DNA of 64,000 nt from Pristiophorus japonicus (GCF_044704955.1 NC_091977.1:429784001-429848000); one strand, 5' to 3'. Positions 37,866 through 50,518 are shown, numbered from the stretch's first letter. Translations and numbers: made by a program. The notes: generated by a model not told the origin, from the letters alone.

Positions 37866-40800
37866 TCATTTTTTACCCTTGTACATCTCCTTATAACACC
37901 TCTTACGTGTGCCTATCCTACCACTATGCTTAAGTGTCTTCTGTGTGGCTGCCTCATAAGTCTGTGAAGGCTGCTGTGATTCTTGTGTCGGAGCTACAGA
38001 TGTTCTTCTCGGACACCCTTGACCACCTTTGGGCCTGGAAGGGCCGGGTTCAGACTGGTCAGCACCCTCCTGGGAGGGTTCAGTCTGGCTTGACTTGGCG
38101 AGGACATGCATGGAGGCACTGGCGGAGTGGCAGGTCCAAGGCCAGGAATGTTGTGATCCTGAGAGAGCACATCAGGATCCTGGTCCGAGGAGCCTGAGTC
38201 ACTTACCGGGGGGCGGCACATTACCACCACCACCAATCTGAGGGAGGTCAGGTCGGTGCAGTGGCACGACGCAGGAGGTCCCCCATGGCCCATGTTGGAC
38301 CCAGCCGCGAACGCAACACTGAGGTATCAGGTGGCATTGCGCCAAGGCTACATGAGAACAGCCAGAGACTCAAAGCCTGCAGACATGGCAGCAGTTTGAC
38401 GCTCCATGGCAGCACTAAAACGTTCCGTGGCCTGTTGCCCAGAGTGCTTAAGAGCATTCTGAGCTTCCAGGGACACGGCCATCCTCGCCAATACAGCACT
38501 AATGCGCTCATTCACTCGCGCCCGTGCTGAAATGGCAGCTACCACATCACCTGTAGGTTGCGGCATTGCAACTGGATTCGCACGGACAATCTGGGAGGCC
38601 ACCAGTGCCTGCATACTGGCAATGATGGGCTCCATGGTGTGTGCAGAGCTGTCGACTATGCAGGAGGTGGACTCCTCCACATTCCTGACCACTTCCAACA
38701 GCCTCTCTGGCACCCCCAACACCTGCGAATGCATAGCCTCCACCCTTCTTTCGTAATCCATCATTACAGGCAGTCCCTCGGAATCGAGGAAGACTTGCTT
38801 CTACTCTTAGAATGAGTCCTTAGGTGGCTGAACAGTCCAATACGAGAATCACAGTCCTTGCCACAGGTGGGAAGACAGTCGTTGCGGGTAAGGGAGGGTG
38901 GGACAGGTTTGCCGAGCGATCCTTCCGCTGCCTGCGCTTATTTTCTGCATGCACTCGGCGATTAGACTCGAGGCGCTGAGCGCCCTCCCGGATGCACTTC
39001 TTCCACTTAGGGTGGTTTTTGGCCAGGGACTTCCAGGTGTCGGTGGGGATGCCGCACTTTATCAGTGAGGCTTTGAGGGTGTCCTTGTAACGTTTCCTCT
39101 GTCCACCCTTGGCTCGTTTGCCATGAAGGAATTCTGAGTAGAGTGCTTGCTTTGGGAGTCTCGTGTCTGGCACGCAGACAATGTGGCCCGCCCAGCGGAG
39201 CTGATTCAATGCTGGGGATGTTGGCCTGGTCGAGGACGCTAATGTTGGTGCGTCTGTCCTTCTTGGGGATTTGTAGGATCTTGCGGAGACATCGTTGATG
39301 GTATTTCTTCAGCGACTTGAGGTGTCTACTATACATGGTCCATGCCTCTGAGCCATATAGGAGGGCGGGTATTACTACTAGACCATGAGCTTGGTGGTAA
39401 ATTTGAGAGCCTGGTCTTCGAACACTCTTTAACTCAGGCGGCCGAAGGTTGTGCTGGCGCACTGGAGACGGTGTTGAATCTCCTCATCAATGTCTGCTTT
39501 TGTTGATAAGAGGCTCCCGAGGTATGGGAAATGGTCCACTTTGTCCAGGGCTGCGCCGTGGATCTTGATGACTGGGGGGCAGTGCTGTGCGGCGAGGACA
39601 GGCTGGTGGATGATCCTTGTCTTACGGATGTTTAGTGTAAGGTCTATGCTTTCGTATGCCTCAGTAAATACGTCGACAGTTCAGCCTCCAAATGTGCGCA
39701 GACACGTAAGCCGCAACATCGATGGCATCATCTGAGTCCTCCTTGGCAGAACTCCAGTGCGGACTCGTCCCCTGGAGAGATGGCACCCGAGGTTGCCTAG
39801 CCCCATCAACATTCTGCAGCCCGCTAGGCCCCGGTGCAACAGCCATTGCAGACCCCTGTACTACGTCAACTATATCAGACCGCGCCCTCCCAGTATCTGA
39901 GCTGGCGCGTGTGGGTGGAAGCAGTGACGCGTTGGTGCCATCAGTGTCTTCTCTTCCTTTTCCTCATCAGTCACATCCCCAAATGATGGAGTGCTCTCGA
40001 CACCGTCACCAGGGCTTGACCCCTCAATGTCGTCACTGCTGCGACTTGAGATGTCTGCTGTGATGTGGAGAAGGGTCTCATCCAGGCCTTCAGCTGGTCT
40101 GCGAGGTCTCTCCTCACTCCCCACTGTGCTGGGTCTGCTGCCACTCGGTCTCTCATCTGCAAGCATAAATGGAAGGGCTGCCGTGAGAGGGAGGTGGGGT
40201 ATTGACGCATGAAGCCTGCAAATAGCGGACTCCCAGAAGAAAAGACACAGTCAGCTCTGGCACATTCAAGGAAAGAGCACATTAAAGGAGGGCCTTCACT
40301 TACCCACATCAGCGTCAGCAGTACTCTGGCCCACAGGGAAGGCACCATGTACGCCAACGAGTGCTTCAAACCTCTCCTACAAAGGCGCAATGACCTCGAT
40401 GTCTGCCTCGCCACCATCAGTCCTCCTTTACTCCATTCTAATCTGAGCCAGTTTGCCCTGCAAAACTAAGAATGGTTGGTGAGTACCACTCTGATGACGC
40501 ATCAGAAATAAGTGCACAAGTGTTGGTCCCTGACATGCAGCTCTAAGTGTGAGATGAAAGGGAGCCTCCATTGCGCGAACACACACATATATATATATAT
40601 CGTTGTCAACAATTAAATGCTGCTTCAGTGAATAAACAGTGAGGATGGGAAATAAGAGAATGTTGAAGGAGATGCTCGCAGATGCAAGGTCAGCAGTTGG
40701 TGGAACCGGTACTCACTTTCATAAGATGGATGATATCATTCAAGCGTTTTCTGCACTGTGTTGCAGTCCTGTTATGAATGGAGGTGCCTGAAACCTCCCC

Positions 40801-40956
40801 TGCAATCTCCCTCCATGCATTGGTTAACACCTCACAAGTTGATCTCCCCACGTCGGGATAAATGAGTCTCCTCCTGCCCTTGACACCCTGCATGAGGGTC
40901 TCCAGCTCGGTGTCAGTAAAGCAGCTTGCCCTCCTTGGTCCAATAGCACCAGCCAT
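37866..40956 (-). pseudogene. Harbinger B Myb/SANT partner gene: exon 1 40717-40956, exon 2 40304-40457, exon 3 37866-40156 (RTE inside)
   Basis: Exon 1 has 80 open codons (FTDTELETL..AWREIA..RTATQCRKRLND). Canonical gtgagt/gtaagt donors and ttgcag acceptors with consistent phases 0 and 1. Two stops in exon 2. Confidence 0.88.
38760..39704 (-). mobile_element. 5'-truncated RTE LINE with its 3' end
   Basis: LLYGSEAW, QLRWAGH, GGQRKRYKDTLK, 3' tail GAGGGACTGCCTGTAATGAT. Flanked by CGTAATCC / CGTAAGCC (probable TSD). Confidence 0.92.
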
Positions 40957-41429
40957 CCTGCAACTCAACTCCTTCCCTCCTCATAGCCTAGCTGCAAGCC
41001 CTGGCCTTCAATCAAGACACCCGCACCTTAGTGCACGACGGCATTTTTTTTTGCTGATTTTAGATTGGAGGCCCGCTGCAAAAATTTCGGCGGTAATGGG
41101 TTGGTAATGGAGGTGCGCCAGCTTTCTTGTGATACTTACTTTGGCCCCTTTAACTCTTATGCATCCGTCCATCCAATATGACATCATGAAATCAACTCAC
41201 CCTTGTGGATTATTTCTTCTTTGTCTTCTTCCTCTTCTGTTGTGGGTAGGGCAGGAAAGCAAGAGGTGCATGCCAGAAGGAGGATAACGTATAAGGATAC
41301 CAGCATTTTGTCTCCGTTCAGCCCTGTTGCTGGCCAAAGGCTCAGCCATGCCCCTGACAAGAAGGGCCTCATTGTCTCTTCCAAATGGGTGAGGTGAAGC
41401 TGGGAATGAGAAATATGCCTCGTGATCGA

Positions 41430-42120
41430 TATAGATTGTTGGTAGGTAGGTGACTGATGATTCCGTTCAAGGACAGCCCATGCTGAAGGGGGAGTTGCTG
41501 CCTACCTCCTCCCTTCCTCCTCCTCCTCATCCTCCTTCGCTTCTCCTTCCTCCTCCTCCTCTCCCTGAGGTGGTCCTGCAATCCCTCCTGGCAAGGACTG
41601 CATTCTCATGATGGCTAAGTTGTGGAGCACCCACACCGCCATGAACTGAAGGGTTCCTCCTGAACGGTCAAGGCATTGGAACTGTTGCTTCAGCAGTCTG
41701 ATGGTCTGCTCAATTATGTTCCTGGTGGCAACACGGCTCCCATTATATGAGTGCTGGGCACAAGTGTTGGTGTTGTGGATGGGAGTCATCAGCCAGGTGC
41801 AGAGCGGATACCACTTGTCTCCGAGCAGCCACCTTCGGGTTTGACATGGTTGCTGGAAGATTGCTGACACACCAGATTGATACAGATGAAGGCATCACAA
41901 CTGCTGCCAGAACAGCGGGCATTGACCATCAGGATGCGCTGTGCATGATCGAACAACAACTGCACATTAAGTGAGTGGTGGCGTTTGTGCTTATGGAAGA
42001 TCTCAGGATTGTTATGCGGCACTCACAAAGCCACGTCAGTTCATTTGACGCCGCTCTGCACTCCCTCTCCAGAAGATACTCATGCACGAGGGGGATTGCC
42101 AGTAGATCCGCCATGATTGG
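41430..42120 (-). pseudogene. Harbinger transposase C-terminal half (copy E)
   Basis: HHSLNVQLL, NARCSGSSCDAFI, WLLGDKWYPL..WLMTP, RNIIEQTIRLLKQQFQCLD, VLHNL, acidic tail. Confidence 0.88.
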
Positions 42121-42224
42121 GAGCAGGTATTGTGAGCAGAAGCCTTTAAATAAGAAAGAAGATGTTCTCTACTTACCCCAACAGAAACGGTAACATAGTG
42201 GTTAAGTTACGGGATGAGTAATCC

Positions 42225-43077
42225 CGTGGTTAACATGGCCCTCGACCATGTCCATTCCATTTCCCACACCTCTGCTCTCACCCCTTCCCCTCCCTCTCAG
42301 AATGACGTCAGGGTTCCCGTTGTCCTCACCTTTCATCCCACCAGCCTCTATGTTCAACAGATCATCCTCCGCCACCTGCAGCGTGATCCCACCACCAATC
42401 ACATCTTCCCCTCCCCTCCCCTCCCCTCTCAGCATCGCGAAGGGACTGCTCCCTCCGCGACACCCTGGTCCATTCTGTAGTGACCCCCAGCAACCCCTCC
42501 CCTGGCACCTTTCTGTGCAAGGGCAGGGAATGCAACACCTGCCCTTTTACCTCCTCCCTTCCCACTATCCAGGGCCACAAATACTCCTTCCAGGTGAAAC
42601 AGCGATTTACTTGTACTTCTTTCAACTTAGTATACTGTATTCGCTGCTCACGATGTGGTCTCCTCTATATTGGGGAGACCAAGTGTAGATTGGGTGACTG
42701 CTTCACGGAACACCTCCGTTCAGTCCGCAAGTGTGACCCTGAGCTTCCAGTCGCCTGTCACTTTAATTCTCCACTCCACTCCCACTCTGACCTCTCCGTC
42801 CTCAGCCTTCTACACTGTTCCAACTTTTGTTTAGGCACGTTACAGCCTTCTGGACTTAACATCGAGTCCAACAATTTCAGAGCGGAACCGCTGCCCATCT
42901 TTGGCTCCTTTCCCCTGACCAATGGCAGCTGGTCATTATTCCGCCATTAACACCCTATCTTGACTAATCCTTTTCTAACTCCGGCCATTACCATTTCAAT
43001 TCAGAATATCATCCCTTTTGTCTCTCTAACCTCTCCTGCCTTCCACCATATCACAGACCTTCCCTTTTGATCTTTGT
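42225..43077 (+). mobile_element. Penelope-like element fragment (GIY-YIG endonuclease)
   Basis: FTCTSFNLVYCIRCSRCGLLYIGETK.RL...EH..VACHFN. Flanked by the direct repeat AGTAATCC (42217-42224, 43078-43085). Confidence 0.92.
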
Positions 43078-44340
43078 AGTAATCCAGAGGCCTGGACATG
43101 AGCTCAAATCCCATCACAGCAGCTGGGGAATTTAAAATTAGATTTAATTAAATAAATCTGGAATAAAAAGCTACTGTCAGTAATAATGACCAAGAAACTA
43201 CCAGATTGTTGTAAAAACCCATCTGGTTAGGGGAGAAAATCTGCTGTCCTTACTTGGTCGGGCTCCAGACCCACAGCAATGTGGTTGACTCTTAACGGCC
43301 TTCTGATATGGACTAGCAAGCCACTCAGTTGTAACAAACTGCGACAAGAAACAATAACAAGAATAAAATCAGAGCGACCACCGGCTTCGGACACGATCCG
43401 GCAAAATCCTCCTCACTAACATCTGGGGACTTATGCCAAAATTGGCAAAACTGTCCCACAGACTAGTCAAGCAATAGCCTGACATATTCACACTCTCAGA
43501 ATCATATCATTCAGACAAGGTCCCAGAGTCTTCAATCACCATCCTTGGGTAAGTCTTGTCCTACCAGCAGGAGAGACCCACCCGAGGTGGCGGCACAATG
43601 GTATACATTCGGGAGCGAGTGACCCTGGGAGTTCTCAACATTGACTCTGGACCCCATGAAGTCTCATGGCTTCAGATCAAGCATGAGCAAGGAAACCTCC
43701 TGCTGATTACCACCTACCTCCCTCCCTCAGTTGATGAATCAGTACTCCTCCATGTTGAACATCATTTGGAAGAAGCACTGCGGGTAGCAAGGGCACAGAA
43801 TGTACTCTGTGTGGAGGACTTCAATGTTCATCATCAAGAGCGGCTCGGTAGCACCACTACTGGCAGAGCTAGCCTAGTCCTGAAGGACATAGGCCTGCAG
43901 CAGGTGGTGCGAGAACCAGCACGAGGGAAAAACCTACTTGATCTCATCCTCACCAATCTACCTGTTGCAGATGCATCTGCCCATGACAGCATTGGTAGCA
44001 GTGATCACCGCACAGTCCTTGTGCAGACGAAGTCCCCTCTTCACACTGAAGATACACTCCATCGTGTTCTGTGGCCCTATCACCCTGCTAAATGGGATAG
44101 ATTCAGAACAGACCTAACATCTCAAAACTGGACATCCATGAGGCTCTGTGGGCCATCAGCAGCAGAATTGTATTCCACCACAATCTGTAACCTCAAGGCC
44201 CGGCATATCCCTCACTCTACCATTACCATCAAGCCAGGGGACCAAACCTGGTTTAATGAGGAGTGCAGAAAAGCATGCCAGGAGCAGCACCAGGTGTACC
44301 TAAAAATGAGGTACCAACCTGGTGAAGCTCCAACACAGGA

Positions 44341-44693
44341 ATCATCATCATCATAGGCAGTCCCTCGAACGAGGATGACTTGCTTCCACACCAAAAGGGA
44401 TAAGTTCATAGATGTTTCAATGGAGGACCCGATATTCCAGTCCTGAACTTGAGGGGTGGAAGATGCCTGTGCGTGGATTTTTTTTAACGTGTGGTGACCA
44501 TTGCACATCAGTCACCACAGGGGCTCAACAGAGCTAGGCCTTTATCCAATGGCAAGGGTTAACCAGGACGACTGGAGACCTGCTCTGCTGCATGGACCTA
44601 GTGCGCACACATATCGCAGTTTGGGCTGGCCCGTGCTGCTCCTGGGCCTTTGGCTCTTCTAGGCCTTGCACCCTCATTTGCCGCACCTCCGCC
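44341..44693 (-). mobile_element. Short non-autonomous RTE-related element (bipartite, SINE-like)
   Basis: 3' end GAAGCAAGTCATCCTCG..GAGGGACTGCCTATGATGATGAT matches the RTE tail at 38760-38805. The rest is non-coding; (TA)n lies at its 5' side. Confidence 0.7.
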
Positions 44694-47600
44694 ATATATA
44701 TATATATATATATAAACCTGCCATCAACACATTGGTTGTTAGTTGTGCTGTTTAAGATGGGTGTTGGAACCAGCTGGGGTACATACATGCTAAACAGCGG
44801 ATGCAGCATGCTATAAACAGAGCTAAACGATCCCACAATCAATGGATCAGATCAAAGCTCTGCAGTCCTGCCACATCCAGCCGTGAATGGTGGTGGATAA
44901 TTAAACAACTAACAGAAGGAGGAGGCTCCACGAATATCCCCATCCTCATGGCGGAGCACGGCACGCATGCAAAAGACAAGGCTGAAGCATTTGCAAACAT
45001 TTTCAGCCAGAAATACTGAGTGGATGATTCATACCGGCCTCCTCCTGAGGTCCCCACCATCACAGAAGCCAGTCTTCAGCCAATTCGATTCACTCCATGT
45101 GATATCAAGAAACGGCTGAGCGCACTGGATACAGCAAGGACGATGGACCCTGACAACTTCCCGGCTGTCATCCTGAAGACTTGTGCTCCAGAACGAGCCA
45201 CACCTCGAGCCAAGCTGTTCCAGTACAGCTACGACACTGGCATCTACCTGACAATGTGCAAAACTGCCCAGGTATATCCTGTCAACTAAAACCAGGACAA
45301 GTCCAATCTGGCCAATTACTGCCTCATCAGCCTACTCTCAATCATCAGCAAAGTGATATCCAGCGGCACTTGCTCACCAATAACCTGTTCACTGATGCTC
45401 AGTTTGGGTTCTGCCAGGACCATTTGGCTCTAGATTTCATTACAGCCTTTGTCTAAACATAGACAAAGAACTGAATTCCAGAGGTGAGGTGAGAGTGACT
45501 GCCCTTGACATAAAGGCAGCATTTGACCGAGTGTGACATCAAAGAACCCTAGTAAAATTGTCAATGGGAATCAGGTGGAAAACTCTCCACTGGCTGGTGT
45601 CATACCTAGTACAAAGGAAGATGGTTGTGGTTGTTGGAGGTCAATCATCCCAGCCCCAGGACATCGCTGCAAGAGTTCCTCAGGGCAGTGTCCTAGTCCC
45701 AACCATCTTCAGCTGCTTCATCAATGACCTTCACTCCATCATAAGGTCAGAACTGCGGATGTTCACTGATGATTGCACAGTGTTCAGTTCCATTCGTATC
45801 TCCTCAGAAAATGAAGCAGTCCATGCCCGCTGCAGCAAGACCTGGATAACATTCAGGCTTGGGCTGATACGTAGTAAGTAACATTCGCGCCACATAAGTG
45901 CCAGGCAATGATCATTTCCAATAAGCGAGAGTCTAACCACCTCCCCTTGATATTCAACAGCATTACCATCGCCGAATACCCCAGCAACAACAGCCTGGGG
46001 GTCACCACTGACCAGAAATTTAACTGGACCAGCCACATAAATACTGTGGCAACAAAAACACATCAGAGGATGGGTATACTGTAGCGAGTGTCTCACCTCC
46101 TGGCTCCCCAAAGCCTTTCCACCATCTACAAGTCAGGAGTGTGATGGAATACTCTCCACTTGTCTGGATGAGTACAGCTCCAACAGCACTCAAGAATATC
46201 AACACCATCCAGGACAAAGCAGCCCGCTTGATTGGCACCCCACCGCCTTCAACATTCTCTCCCTCAATTACAAGTCCACCATGGCTGCAGTGTGTACCAT
46301 CTATAAGATGCACTGCAGCAACTCGCCACGGCTTCTTCTACAGTACCTCCCAAACCCGTGACATCTAACACCTAGAAGGACAAGGGCAGCAGGCGCATGG
46401 GAGCACCATCACTTGCAGGTTCACCTTCAAGTTACACACCATCTTCGCTAGGTCAAAATCCTGGAACTCCCTCCCTAACAGCACTGTAGGAGTACCTTCA
46501 ACACAAGGACTGCAGCAGTTCAAGAAGGTGACTCATCACCATCTTCTCAAGGGCAATTAGGGATGGGCAATAAATGCTGGCCTTGCCATCAATGCCCAGA
46601 ACAAATATGTTAAAAAACACTCCCCGCCACTTTTGGACCTTGAAAGTAGTTTGTAAAGCTGCTATAGTTGCAGAAAGCTCCACATAGCCAGTCAAACTGA
46701 AGATATATGTCAGCTGCAAGTTGTTGCTGATGATCCCTTTAAATAACGCTCCTTGGCCCTCCTTCCTGCTCGTCAATGCTTGCTCAGCTGATCGCTATTA
46801 ACAAGGCCAGTAAGTTAAGCGGCGCACTCCAAAATGGCAGATCATGCGTGAAGTGAGTGTTGCACATTCACTGACGTCATGATCTGCAAAATCTCCAAAA
46901 TGATAGCGAGCATGGACATCTGCAGTGCTGCCATCCAGCCGAAAATGGTGGTCGCCGCGGGTCTCGCCAGCAGTGGGCAAAAGTGTGGCGACCCCACCAC
47001 TTTTTTCCAGAATCAGGCTTAACATCCAGTGGTAAGACTACTGATTTCTAGGTCATGGTTTCCAAAGAGGACACTAGTCTACCAAAGTATGAACAGACCA
47101 CTAAGGGAAAAGCATCAAAGGCTACTATTCCCATACAGCTTGTTCAGTTTCAATGGTATTGTTGGATGGATTTATTTTGTGGCAGTATTAATAACCTAAG
47201 CCTACAGAAAGGAATTCTAGGAGTTGCTGACCACAGGTTGATTCTGTTCGAAAAGGTATTTGAGTACTGTCACATTGAGAAGCAGAACCATTCTGGCATT
47301 AAACTAAGATTTACCTTGGAGGCTTCTGAACTAAGATTCGATCAATATTTGCCTTTTGAAGCCCCATTAGCCCCTTCTTCTGACCATATTGGTCAGGTCG
47401 GATCACGTCAGGGAAAAACTCCTGAAGCAGTATTCATAGATAAAATAGCCCCATAGATTTTGGTGCAGATGACGAAGACAGTCTGTATAACATACTGTCT
47501 AAACTCTGAAAGAACTTAATAAAATGGATTTGAACCACTATGTTCAGGGAGAATCTCTGATAGGTCTGGACACAACTCTGTTCCCCTTTTTAAAGAAACC

Positions 47601-47955
47601 AATCACTTTCAAAGTCTCTATTACAATTGCAGACAAGGAGGAAAAGTTGACCTTCTCGCACGTGGGCTAAGGAATAATATAGAAACCACCTTGTCCCATT
47701 CCTGTGTGCCACTAATTCACTTAATTAGTCGGGAAACCTCAACAGATCCCTCCGGTATCTGATTTTACGCAAACTGAGATATCAAAGACAAACTTTGACC
47801 AAGGGCAAGAATTTTGACCATGTTAAACTTGCTGATTTTTCTCCATGTTGGTTATTGGTCAAATTCCCCTTCGGTAAATAGTAAAATAATGATTTTTGGC
47901 TTAGCTTAAAATACCAACAGCCGTGCTTCAATATTCCAAACATTTTTGATTATCC

Positions 47956-48668
47956 GGGGGTGAAATAGGACAGTGCGAATGATCACTGTATCGGAAGAGG
48001 CCCGAGGCAGTTCCAATATTGGGCCTCAGGCCTTATTTAAATGAGACAGCTGAGTTGCAGATGCCTGCTGCACATTCCCATGCAGCTCGCCGGCAAAGCG
48101 CATATAAATTTCGGGCCACCTCTTGCTGGCATCGGTCCTCAGTCCTGGGAATGGTGTGGACAATCAGCAAAGGGGGAGGCAATCGGGAGGAGAGGGGGCA
48201 ATTGGGAAGGGGTCAAGCAGGGGTGGAGATTGATTTTTGGGATTGCTTTGGAGCTATCTGACTCCACATTCAGGGAAGCATTTTTTTTAAACTTACCTTT
48301 TTGGTGGCGGTTTCCAGCAATCCCTTTAAGGACCGCAAGTTAGATAGCATGTTGACTTGGTTATCCCGACTGCAGAAGGTCCAATGCCAGCTGCATTTCG
48401 GGAAGGGGTTTCTGAAACAGGTGTTAGGTTATTTGCGTTTGCAAATGGTGTGTACACACACATTCCGCTCCGGAAGTGCGCCACCCGCCATAATGATAAA
48501 GGCCGAAGATATAGCCCAGGCCTGCAACAGACGTTAGGTCAGTTGCATATGCAAATAGGGGGCCTACCACACTTCTGGCACGGAATGTGTATGTACACAC
48601 CATATTGAACACTTGGGTGCCCATTTTACACCTGGAAAACGGTTGCAGTGTCAACAAATTTCTCGGCC
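47956..48668. mobile_element. Harbinger-type MITE (diverged)
   Basis: Ends GGGGGTGAAAT / AATTTCTCGGCC. GC-richer than its flanks. TSD not clear. Confidence 0.55.
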
Positions 48669-50173
48669 ATTATGTCTCAAAGCTTTACTTCAGATAACTC
48701 TTCCAGCACCATTAACAATGAGAAATCATAATCCACCTAAAGGCAATCGTCATTTACAGCAAAGGCCTTCCTGCAATTGATTCAGATTTCAAAGCTAAAA
48801 TATGTAAAACAGGACTCTGAAATTATGCTGTGGGATATTAGCTTATGTTCAGTTAACGGGTCCATCTGAAAGTCCTCTCTCTGCTATTTTAACTGAAGTT
48901 TTAACCCATTTATTTTATCTTCTGTAAAATAGAAGAGTGTTCTTGCAAACAAACTATTAAGCACTCTAGTACACCAAGGCCTAATTTCAGGGCTTCTGAA
49001 GTTTTTAAAGAAACAGAAATCAATTGAAGCCCACAGGCTACAAACTGAGTGCAGTATATGAAATTAGTAGTTTCTCACATGCAGCAATGGTGCGAATATG
49101 ACAGATGCCAACAACTGGAGGAAAAAAGCTGAAAATGAGCCACTTGTGGAGAAAGAAATGAATTGAATGGACTAAAAATTTCTTAAATGAATATACATCT
49201 TTAAGGATTTTCTACAGAGGGGGTCAATTGCCTGGAATATTTGGAGAAAAAATGAAAGAGTAATATGCTCTTTCCAAAAGTAAAATGTTACTAATTAGCA
49301 ATAAAAGCATTCCTGGAATATGGAGAAATAAACAGAACTACTTATTTTCACAGGTACAATTTTAAATAATATAATAATAAAATTATAAAAGATACTTTAT
49401 AATGTATTCGTTACCCTCGGCTGCTAATCTTCTGCTGTATATAACTTGGTGTGTTCCATTAAAGCCACAAGATAAAATTGATATAATTTTGGGTGATTAT
49501 TTATGTTAAAAGATGTAAGTTTCCCCACTGCTGGAGGAACCATTTGAATAATTCGCCTTCATATGCTGCAAAATGACCATGATCCAGCTCTCTGGAGTTT
49601 TAAAAGTCATATTCCTGCCCATTGCTAGGAACTAGCTTCCAAGTTCTTCAGCACTTTGAAAATTAGTATTGATTTTAAAAGCACTGAACAACTTGGAAAC
49701 AGAGAAAAATGTGGCCTTTTTACCACTTGGTGGGAGCCCTTTGAAGTCGAATCAAGTTTTGTGGTCGGAAATGATTCCAGCAGGAGTGAGGAAATGTGAT
49801 TATATGGGAGTGGTGGAAGAAAGGCTGCGGCAGGGAGGTGAAGGCAGCATTAGGCCAATAGCACAATTTTTAGAGGTTTGAGATGGGTGGTCCTATGGAG
49901 AGCAGTACCACGTATCTTGGAGATGCAGCTGGGAAGACTCAGAAATAAGTCGTCGCAACCGCACCTACTTTGGGAGGACTCAACCTATGGGAACAACAAT
50001 GAACAGGTAAGATTAATAGTTCAACCAGCAAACTTTAGTCAGCAATTGTTGCATCTCTTGGAAAGTGGGTGGGAGAAATTGGGGTTTGCAACCAACACAA
50101 TGTGTAAATGGCTGGTCTCCCTATCAATCATAAACACTTCTCGAAATTATCTCAGAAAACATTATTTATCTAA

Positions 50174-50518
50174 GACCACAGCAGCCGCCATCATGGAGGG
50201 TCCACGGACACAGATCGTCAAACTGGCACGGGTTACCAAAGTTCTTGGTAGGACTGGCTCCCAGGGACAGTGTACTCAGGTCCGTGTGGAATTTATGGAT
50301 GACAGCAACCGATCCATCATCCGAAACGTGAAAGGACCAGTCCGCGAAGGAGACGTGCTTACACTTTTGGAGTCTGAGCGTGAAGCAAGATGATTACGAT
50401 AACAGATCTACAAAACTGATACCAACTGAAGCCCCCATCTAAATAACTGGTTACGGACATTTACAAAAACAATTTTTTTTGACAATGGAAAATAAATTTC
50501 TTTGATAAATGAAAAAAA
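50174..50518 (+). pseudogene. RPS28: Processed pseudogene (retrocopy) of 40S ribosomal protein S28; CDS 50193-50402
   Basis: Intronless [44 protein letters not shown]. Kozak GCCGCCATCATGG, AATAAA at 50491, A-run at 50512-50518, premature TGA at codon 67. Confidence 0.95.

Larger units (their letters stand above)
35805..41148. mobile_element. PIF/Harbinger transposon B, near full length (both genes and both ends), inactive
   Basis: Ends GGGGCCGAAATT and ACTTTGGCCCC. Transposase on +, convergent three-exon Myb gene on -, one RTE insertion. Confidence 0.85.
42189..46615 (+). mobile_element. Single-ORF EN-RT LINE (CR1/L2 group, clade unresolved) with a tRNA-like 5' head; two nested insertions
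   Basis: A-box-like TAGTGGTT at about 42197 and B-box-like GAGCTCAAATCCC at about 43100. APE motifs (RGGG..VY, EDFN.H, LLDLIL, SDH), RT motifs (PQGSVL.P, FTDD), 3' end GGGCAATTAGGGATGGGCAATAAATGCTGGCC. Confidence 0.85.

Noticed and set aside
47055-47456. 133-aa ORF in unique sequence
   Set aside because: No recognisable motif or convincing splice context; an ORF of this length can occur by chance.
49878-50192. N-terminally extended 171-aa RPS28 fusion ORF
   Set aside because: It starts at TTG, the upstream part is unrecognisable flank, and the true ATG with a Kozak context is at 50193.
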